From NCBI RefSeq assembly GCF_016433145.1, contig NC_058130.1, positions 800,978,341 through 801,032,836 on the forward strand: DNA of 54,496 nucleotides, written 5' to 3'. A program made the translations under genes and the position numbers. Shown piece after piece: positions 1-7,257 of this stretch; the stretch's first letter is position 1; every line of letters starts with the position of its first letter. This DNA comes from Gracilinanus agilis. Its lineage: Eukaryota. The notes beneath the pieces are model-generated. The model did not search any database and was not told the DNA's origin. It saw only the letters and a program-made list of their open reading frames with translations.

Positions 1-264
1 GGGGGGGGGGGGGGGAGACACAAATGGAGAAAGCCAGGTGAGGGAAGAGATGGCCAGACACCCAGAGGGAGAGGCAGGGGCTTCGGGCCCAAGCAGTGAC
101 CTGTCCCCTTGCTGGGTGTCCACTCCGAAACTCTTCCAGTGAGCCTTGGCACCAGGATTCGCGTCTGTGTGCCACCTTGCAGGCTTTCCCACCCAGAGTC
201 CCTCTGGCCTGCCTTCCTCAGCTTACGCTCTTCAAACAGAAATTGTGACCAGCTGTTCTGAGTC

Positions 265-497
265 TTCTAGGGGGCACCACAGTGCCTGGAGTCAGGAAGA
301 TCTGAGTTCGAATCTGGCCTCAGACATTTAATAGTTGTATGGCTCTAGACAAGTCCCTTTGCTTCTGTCTGCCTCCATTTCCTCATCTGCAAAATCTCCC
401 TGGGTTGCTGTGAGGGTCAAGTGAGATCACAGCTATAAAGTGCTCAGCAGGGTGCCTGGCACACAGTAGGTATTTAATAAATGCATGTTCCCTTCCC
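265..497 (+). mobile_element. CORE-SINE (MAR1/MIR-type) with an L2-like 3' tail
   Basis: GAGTTCGAATCTGGCCTCAGAC B-box/core, CTCCATTTCCTCATCTG core, tail GTGCCTGGCACACAGTAGG...TTAATAAATG. Confidence 0.7.
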
Positions 498-787
498 CCG
501 TCCCCTCCCAGGAATCAGAATTTTTCATTGTTTCCTGCTGGGCACGGATGGACCAGAGAAGTGACCTCTCAGAGGTAGCAGGCATCGGGGAGGGGAGGGC
601 TCCAGGGGGGGGGGGGGGTGGGAGCAACTCCCCGAGAGCTGCTGGAACAACTCCCCGGTGTGCCAGGCAAGGCCCGATGGCGACCGAATGCGCCACTTTT
701 CACGGCGTTCTTCATGTTGGCCTGGAAAGAGCGTCAGCGAGCGCGTCTGGCTGAGGCTGGGGGGGGGGGCAGGAAGTCCCCCCTCAC

Positions 788-964
788 CTTGGTCTGCAGG
801 TTCTTCAGGCAGATGATGGCCTCCTGGTACTTGGCCGCTGCCTCTTCGTAGCGCCCCAGCTTGAACAGACGGTTGCCGTCGCCGTGGAGGACGGGCACGA
901 CCTGCATCTTCTCATCGTTGTTGAGGCTCCAGGTCTCTCTCTTGTAGTCACTCGGGGCCTCCAC
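788..964 (-). CDS. AIPL1: AIPL1 exon 4 (177 nt), TPR1
   Basis: Acceptor CAG|GTG, donor AAG|GTGAGG; [24 protein letters not shown] helix. Confidence 0.96.
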
Positions 965-3022
965 CTGCCCAGAAGAAGCCCAGGTCAGGGACCGGCTCTT
1001 GCTAACGCTCTGGAGCCCAGCTGGAGGATGGCATCGGTGCCAGCGAGCAGCAGAGGTGCCAAAGGAAGCCCCCCAACCCAGCGGCGCCCAGAGAACCAAG
1101 GCCCAGGAAGTGAATGGGTTTGCAGAGGCCGGCATTGGGCGGCCTCCCCCTCCCCCGGCAGGCTCGCCTTGAGGAGTTCCGTGATGAAGATCAGGGGCTG
1201 CGGCTCCTTCTGCAGCTCGTCCAGGTCCTCGTAGCCCAGCGTGTGGTAGGCGAACATGTTGGCCAGCCCACACGTGTGGCTGTAGCTCTCGGTGGGGTCC
1301 TTGCCCTCCGCTATCTGCCTCAGGCTCCTCGAGAGGATGGGGTAGACGCCGGTGTGCTGGGAGCAGGGAGAGACCCCAGGCTGTGGGGGGGGCGCCTTGG
1401 CACGGCCCCTCCCCCACAGCCTCGGCGGCCCAGACACAGCACCCCCCAAAGGGCACCCAAGCCTGTCGTTTTACAAATGAGGAAACTGAGGTACAGGAAG
1501 GTGCGCTGCTCGCCCAAAGTCACAGCGGCAGAGGCAGGAGCCTGGCACTCCCCCACCTGAGGGCATCCGCACATCTCCGCTGGCGACCCCAAGGGGAGAG
1601 CGGGCAAAAGGCGGGCCGCAGGGATCAGCCTGGGTGCTGGGCAGCTCGTGGAAGCACTCCTGGGCAGGAGGAGGTGCCGATGGATGGGCAGCGCTCCCCC
1701 CCCACCCCGTGCCCTCCCCGCTCGTCTGCCCTGGCACAGCCCAGGCTGAGGCTCCCATTGCTGCCCAGCGTCGGAGGCGGGACTGGAACTGGGCTCTGCC
1801 TGCTCCGGGCCCCACAGCCACAGAAAGGGAGCCGGCCAGCCGAGGGAGGGGGAGGCCGCCCCGGCGAGCCTGCCCGGGTTCCCAGCCTCACTTCTGTTCT
1901 CTGGCAGCCACTCAGAAAAAGCCATTGGAGGGGGCGGGGCTGGACGGCAGGGCCCGAGACTCTGGGCCAGGCACCCGACCCCATTGCCTGGCCCTGGGCA
2001 CCAAAACAGAGTGCGGAAGGCAGAGGTGGGGAGAGCAGCACTGCGCATGCGCGGCCACCCGGCCTGGCCCAACTTCGGGGGATGGAGCGTCTCTTTTTTG
2101 AAATCTTCCTTTGCTGCTGAGGGGGTGGGGGGAGGGCAGGTGCTGAGGCGGCTCCTCCGAGAGAGGCCAGCAGCGGCTCAGGGAGGATTAGGCGGGCAGC
2201 GAGGGGGGGAGGGGCCCCCTAGGACACCCCTGCTGAGGTCACCCGCGTTGGGACTCTAAAGGGGGGGGCCGAGCCGCCGCCTTTCCCCTCCCGGAGACAG
2301 TCAGCCCATTGTGTGGATGTGGAAGCTGAGGCGCCCTCCCTTAGCCCAGCGAGCGCCCTTCTCCCCGGGTGCCTCCCTCCCTCCGGCCTCCTCATCTCCT
2401 CCCGCCCCTGCCTCCCTTGTACTCCCCAACCTGGGCCCCAGCTCTGGCCGCGTTTCTCGGCTGTCCCCCAAGCCGGGCCGCCTTCCCATCTCCCCGCCCT
2501 TTCCCGCGGCCCCCGGGCCGTCTCCTCTCGCGTCCTCGGGCCTCAGTTTCCCCCCGGGGACGCCAAGGAGGAGCCCCTGGGGGTGGGTTCAGGGGCCACT
2601 TACGATGGCGTCGCACCAGAACTCGGCCACCTCCCCGACCCTCATGGAGGTCAGCAGGATTTCCCAGACTTCCAGCTTGAACATGTTGCCGATGACGATG
2701 TGCATGGGCCGGCCCACGAGCTTGCTGTCGTCTATGACCGTCCGCTCGTCGTCGCATTTCAGCGTTCGGAAATGAAAGGTCACCTTCGCCACAACAACAA
2801 GAGCGGCCGCTGGGCCGGCGCTCCTCAGGCTTCCGGGACGGAACCCCCTGGGGGAGCCCCCAGCCACGGCGGGAGCCCCAGCCAGGCCGCCCCCCCCCCT
2901 TGGCCTAAGGCCCGCCTCGGACTTACTCGGGAGCCGCTGATGAACTGAGGCAGCTCCCCCGTGCCCCCGTGCAGGATGGTCTTCCGGATGCCCTCCACGT
3001 TCAGCAGCAGCGCCTCCTCCAT
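788..3022 (-). CDS. AIPL1: AIPL1 (aryl hydrocarbon receptor-interacting protein-like 1), partial: coding exons 1-4 = join(2927-3022, 2604-2783, 1168-1356, 788-964); 3' exons outside the window
   Basis: Spliced frame reads [32 protein letters not shown]|[12 protein letters not shown]...EFWCDAI|[12 protein letters not shown]...IFITELLK|[12 protein letters not shown]...CLKNLQTK. This is an FKBP-like domain plus first TPR, matching AIPL1 as recalled (the [16 protein letters not shown] segment is AIPL1-like rather than AIP-like). All junctions are phase 0. Confidence 0.97.
1168..1356 (-). CDS. AIPL1: AIPL1 exon 3 (189 nt), non-canonical GC donor
   Basis: Acceptor CAG|CAC; ends AAG|GCGAGC; 63 codons join exon 4 in frame. 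Confidence 0.92.
2604..2783 (-). CDS. AIPL1: AIPL1 exon 2 (180 nt)
   Basis: Acceptor AAG|GTG, donor ATC|GTAAGT; VTFHFRTLK...[22 protein letters not shown]. Confidence 0.95.
2927..3022 (-). CDS. AIPL1: AIPL1 coding exon 1 (96 nt)
   Basis: ATG at 3022-3020 (GCCAGCATGG context); donor CGA|GTAAGT. Confidence 0.97.
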
Positions 3023-3058
3023 GCTGGCCAGGCAGCTGCTCCTCGGCCTCTGGCGGGC

Positions 3059-3332
3059 CTAATCCGGCCCTGATTACTGGGAGCTTAGCCCGGAGGGAGG
3101 GCGGGCCGCGGCCGGATTTGGCCTCCTCCGCTCCGCGGGGGCTCATGGCTCTAAAGAAAGAGACTGAGCCGGGCACCTGCTGCCCCGCCCCCATCCCTGA
3201 GTCCAACAGGTGGAGGAGTCCTGGGGGGGAGTGACACGCGGGCCCTCAGGCGCCCCCTTCCCGCGGGGGAGCCTCCCAGCCCCGCGGAGCCTCTCCCATT
3301 GACCCTGGTTGCCACCCGAAGCCCTTTAATCC
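3059..3332 (-). promoter_or_regulatory. AIPL1 proximal promoter/5'UTR with a K50-homeodomain (CRX/OTX2-type) site cluster
   Basis: TAATCC 3060-3065, TGATTA 3071-3076, GCTTAG 3083-3088, GGATTT 3114-3119 and TAATCC 3327-3332, all upstream of the AIPL1 ATG. Confidence 0.75.
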
Positions 3333-3429
3333 AGGCTCGGGGACGGATCAAGCCGCCTGGAGGTGCCTCAGGCCTGTGAGACCCTCTGGGGGGAGGAGCA
3401 AAGGCCGAGGAGGCGGCGTGCGGCTTGTC

Positions 3430-3437
3430 TGACGTCA
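3430..3437. promoter_or_regulatory. Perfect palindromic CRE (TGACGTCA)
   Basis: Exact ATF/CREB consensus about 400 bp upstream of the AIPL1 ATG. Confidence 0.45.
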
Positions 3438-4150
3438 CTCGCGCGGCGGGGACTAACTCAGCTCCCCAGCTCGAGTGTCGCGACAGCCCCCACTGGGAGC
3501 GGCGTTGTTGTGCCCATTTTATGGATAAAGAAACTGAAGGGAGAGAAGTGAGAAACAGAACTGCCCCCCCCCCATCTTTGGGCGTCCGTGTCCAGAGTTC
3601 TGCCCCGAGGGCTGCCCCTCCCTCAGCCCATGGCGGCGGCCCGCAGGACCCGTCTAGGGGGCTGAGCCGGGCCTTGAGCGGCAGAAGGGATTCCAAGAGC
3701 CCGAGCTGAAGAGGGAGGGCAATCCCAGCGTGGAGGCGGCGGAGGTCACAAAGGGAGCTGGGCTGTCCCGGCGAATTGTCTTAGTAGCTCGGAAAGCGCT
3801 CCTAGGCCCCCGGGGGGGAGGGGGCTGCTCAGAACTGAGTCTGGCCCACGGAAATGCGGCCCTCGAATGGGGGGGGGGGGCGAGAACGAGCTCGGGAGCG
3901 GGTTCGGGTTCTGGATCGGCGGAGCCACTGCTGAGAAGGGTTCCGACCCAGCAGCGCCTGAGGCAGCCCCTCGCACTCGGACACAGCCAGCCCGGCCCTC
4001 CCTCCCTCGCTGGGGGACGCTGTCCTGAGTGACCCTGGGCCAGTCACTGGCCCTCCCGCCTTGGGCTTCCCCATCTGTACAATGGGATAAGCAGAGCACT
4101 GACGGGCAGCACCTCGGAGAGCGCCGGGCCCCTCGACTGGCGGGCGGCAG

Positions 4151-4166
4151 GCGCCACCTGGTGGCC
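4151..4166 (-). promoter_or_regulatory. Strong CTCF motif
   Basis: Minus strand reads GGCCACCAGGTGGCGC, matching the CTCF core CCASYAGRKGGCRS. Confidence 0.65.
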
Positions 4167-5310
4167 CGCCACGAAAGGATGGACCAAAACTCCCCGCCCG
4201 CTGCGGGGAGCCCCCATGGGAAAGAGCGGCAGGGGGCGGCCGGCGGGCGCAGCGGTTAGAGCTGCCCGCGGGGCGGCCGGCAGCATGGCGACTCCACTGG
4301 GCCGCAGACCCGCTCCGAAACACCAGCTCGAGGCGCCCAGCCGGGAGGGGCCGCCGAGGCCGGACTTCCCGGGGGCGTGAAGGGACCTCCCCGGAGCCAA
4401 CTGCGGGGGGCTCGAGGGGCTCGGTCGAAAGCTAGCTCGGGAGAGGGCGCCAGGCCGCTCCAGTCCGGCCCAGCCTCAGGCCTCGCCGCGGTCATCGCTT
4501 CGGATCGGGTCTCTATTGGCCCGGGATGTGCTGCGGGGCCCGGCAGGGGGCCTGGCGCGCCGCCCTTCCCTCCTCCCTCCGACACCCAGAGCCGCCCCCA
4601 GACGCCGCGATCCAGGTCTCTGGAGTCCGAGACGCCCTCCCGGCGAGCCCCGGGCCGGCCTGAGTGCTGGGGGGGCGGCCCCAAGCTGTGCTGAGCCCCG
4701 GCCCGGCCCCGCCCCCCAGCTCAGGAGGCGAGAAGGAGGGGAGGGCGGCCCAGGCCGCCGGAGGGCTTGGCAGGCCCAGCAGAACGTCTGGTCTTCTTTG
4801 GGGAGCCGCCACTGAGCTGGGAGATCTCTGGTGGCCGAACGGAAGATGGACTGGGGGGGGCGGGGCGGGGCCGACCGGAGCCCGGCGGACCCTGGTCCCC
4901 AGCCGCGGGGAGGGGCCGGGAGATCCTCCGTGAAATCCCCCACACGAGGGTGAGAGGAGAAGTGGACGAGCCCGGCCCGGAGGCGACATGGCGGAAGGCG
5001 GCAGCGAGAGGCGCCTCGGCCACAGCCCGGTTGCAGTCGGAAGCCCGAGTCTGCGTTCTGCTCGGGACACCCGGCCGGACCTCGGGCTGCCAGCCAGCTG
5101 GGGACCCGGTTTGGGTGGCGCCGCAGTAAGGCGGGGCCCGCCCGCAGAGGGGGCGGGGCCTGGAAGAAGATCCAGCCGAGGGCCGAAAGGCGGGGGAGGG
5201 GCGGAAAAGGCGGCGGAGAACTCCGTGCAGGGCCCAGGCCGGGACCCACACCCGCCCCACCCGCCTTAGGAGCCGGGATTCCCAACGGCCCGGGCTGGGG
5301 CGGGACAGGA

Positions 5311-5523
5311 CCAATAGCAGGAGGGAAGGCCTCTGAGCTCCGGCGGGCCAATGGCGGGGCGCTATTCTGCTTTGGGGCGGGGCGCCTTGGAGCGTCGGGC
5401 CAATGGGCTGCGCGCTGCGGCGGGGCGCCCGGCCAATGGCGGGAGGGAATTCCTCTCCGCAGCGCTCCCGGGCGGAGCATCGGACCAATGGGCGGCCAGC
5501 CTGAGCCCCGCGGCCAGTTTGAA
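5311..5523 (+). promoter_or_regulatory. PIMREG G2/M-type promoter: five CCAAT boxes plus CDE-CHR
   Basis: CCAAT at 5311, 5348, 5400, 5433 and 5485; CGCGG (5509-5513), 4-nt spacer, TTTGAA (5518-5523); GC boxes; no TATA; inside a CpG island. Confidence 0.85.
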
Positions 5524-5744
5524 CCTGGTGGGCAGCGGAGGAGGCCGGAGGAGGAGGAGGCCGGGGGGCGCGGGCTCTCCGCGGGCAGGCCAGCAGGCGA
5601 GGCGGGGAAACTGAGGCCTGGCCACGTGGTGCCCCGCGGGGGGCTGACCGCCCAAAGCCCCACCCCCTTCCTCGCCCCAAGGGTGCCCTGAGCTGTGGTG
5701 AAGGGGGGCGGCGCAGCCCGGGGCAGCGGGAGGCCGAGCGGGCC

Positions 5745-5990
5745 ATGAGCTCCGTGTGGCCGGGGCTGCCGGGGGCCAGAGGCCGCGGGAGCCACCAGAT
5801 GCTGACCGAGGAGGAGTCCGGGAGCCCCCGCCCGAGGAAGCCGCTGGCCAGCTCCCTGGACACGCTGTGTGCCCGCCTGAGCCGACGCCTGCCCCTGGCA
5901 GCCCTCGATGCCAACTTCCAGGACGGGCCCTCCTGGGAGCCCCTGGGAAGCCCGGAGAGCGCCCGGGGGCCCCTCGGATCGGCGGCCCAG
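5745..5990 (+). CDS. PIMREG: PIMREG first coding exon (246 nt coding)
   Basis: GGCCATGA start; donor CAG|GTACCC; probable upstream acceptor at 5680-5681 after a pyrimidine tract. Confidence 0.85.
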
Positions 5991-6714
5991 GTACCCGGCG
6001 CGGTGGGCGAGGGGAGGCGGGGCCCGCGGTCCCTGGTGGTGCGCGCGGAGGGCAGCCGCCGGGGCTGACGGGGCTCGGGTGTCCGTTACAGAGATTCCGG
6101 CGATCCCGCCAGGCTGCCGCCGCCCCCACAGAGAGCCCCCCGCCCAGGCGGAGGAGGGGGAGGAGCGCCCAGCTGGCGGGGGCCACCCCTGCGGCCTCCC
6201 AGGGCTCCGGCCTGAGAAGACTGTCCAGGTGGCTCGCCAGGGACCCCCTGCAGCCCCTGCGGAGGCGCTCCCAGCGGGAAGCAGCCCTCCGCAGCCCCTA
6301 CGCCTCCCCGGCTCCTCTCTGCTCCCCGAGGCAAGCATGGCGCTCCCCTGGGGCTGGGGCTGGGGCTGGGGCTGGGGGGGGCCCGGGGTCCCGGGTGCCT
6401 GCACGAGGGCGGCTCCCCCTGACTTTTCCTTGCTCTGGCCAGAGGTGGGGGCTGCCGGGAGCAGGAGGACGAGGAGGAGGAGGAGGAGGAGGGCCCCGAG
6501 GCGGCCTCTGTGGCCTCCGGGATCCGGCAGCTGGAGCATCTCTCGCAGGCCTTCGATGAGGCCATCTCCATGGAGGAGAGGTGAGCGCTGGGCCGGGAGG
6601 GGCCGCCGGGCCTGGGCGGGAGGGCTCCGGCCCGGCGCTGGGGCTGACCGGGCCTCCCCCCCCCCTCCTATTTCTCGGCTCAGTGGCGCGACTGTTTCTC
6701 TCCTTCCAAACTGA
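5745..6714 (+). CDS. PIMREG: PIMREG/FAM64A, join(5745-5990, 6092-6330, 6443-6580, 6684-6714), 217 aa
   Basis: Syntenic between AIPL1 and PITPNM3. Blocks match recalled PIMREG: LDTLCARLSRRLPLAALDANFQDGPSW, PLRRRSQREAALRSPYASPAPLCSP, SGIRQLEHLSQAFDEAISMEE, SGATVSLLPN*. Total 654 nt with consistent phases. Confidence 0.9.
6092..6330 (+). CDS. PIMREG: PIMREG second coding exon (239 nt), GC donor
   Basis: Acceptor TTACAG|AGA; ends GAG|GCAAGC, fitting the GC-AG donor consensus AG/GCAAG. Confidence 0.85.
6443..6580 (+). CDS. PIMREG: PIMREG third coding exon (138 nt)
   Basis: Acceptor TTTTCCTTGCTCTGGCCAG|A; donor GAG|GTGAGC; encodes a poly-Glu run then GIRQLEHLSQAFDEAI. Confidence 0.88.
6684..6714 (+). 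CDS. PIMREG: PIMREG terminal exon A (S)GATVSLLPN*
   Basis: Acceptor TTTCTCGGCTCAG|T; phase-2 join; resembles the recalled human short-isoform tail SGDIVSLIHD. Confidence 0.8.
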
Positions 6715-6822
6715 AGAGGGGGCGAGGGCAGAGCAGGTAAAGAAGGGCCCCGCCCCACCCCCGGCCTCCCAGGCCAGCATGCCGGCCCCCTCCCGGCCTG
6801 AACCGTCCTTGGGCCCCTGCAG

Positions 6823-6943
6823 GAAGCACGCCAGGACCCAGTACCGCGGCCTCATGATCCGGAACCTGAGGGCCGCGCGCCAGGCCGAGAGGCTCCCCTG
6901 GGCTTCTGGATGGAGGCGTGCCAGGCGCCTGGGCGGGCCCTGA
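6823..6943 (+). CDS. PIMREG: PIMREG alternative terminal exon B (R)KHARTQYRGLMIRNLRAA...GGP*, giving a 247-aa isoform
   Basis: Acceptor CCCCTGCAG|G; phase-2 join; codon-like third-position bias; similar to the recalled human long-isoform tail RKQALSDRQGFILKDVYA. Confidence 0.65.
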
Positions 6944-7080
6944 CCGCGCCATGCTGTGCCCCCCCACTCTGCCTCCCCCCAGCCCCAGCCCCAGCCCCAG
7001 CCCCAGCCCCGGTGGCCTGACCCCGCCGACCTCCCTAAAGAAGGGGCTTCCGCAGAGCCGGCCCTGCCCAGACTTTGTCT

Positions 7081-7086
7081 ATTAAA
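7081..7086 (+). terminator. Candidate PIMREG polyadenylation signal ATTAAA
   Basis: First hexamer seen after both PIMREG stop codons. Confidence 0.55.
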
Positions 7087-7251
7087 AGCTTCCTTCCAAG
7101 CAAGGGTCCGCCCCGGCCTCCCGTCCCTTCTTTCCGACCGGCTCCCACAGCCAGCACAGCGACGGGAAGGACCCAGGCCGCCCCCGCCCCCCGCTGCGCC
7201 ACGGCCGGGCAGGAGCACCGAGTCTGAGAGACGGCAAAGGCAAGGCAGGTT

Positions 7252-7257
7252 TTTATT
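7252..7257 (-). terminator. Candidate PITPNM3 polyadenylation signal AATAAA
   Basis: Only minus-strand AATAAA I saw between the PITPNM3 stop (9334) and PIMREG; implies a 3'UTR of about 2.1 kb. Confidence 0.6.

Noticed and set aside
1-787. Search for AIPL1 exon 5 (EKPWE...)
   Set aside because: No matching frame found; the segment is intronic with a SINE, so exons 5-6 lie left of the window.
4476-6758. 760-aa minus-strand ORF, and the many other 200-600 aa ORFs (e.g. 32278-34131, 33371-35140, 23347-24879, 52754-54001)
   Set aside because: These are Pro/Gly/Arg/Ala-rich translations expected at about 70% GC, where stops are rare. They show no domain-like content, often have non-ATG starts, and several run through N gaps or lie antisense to real exons.
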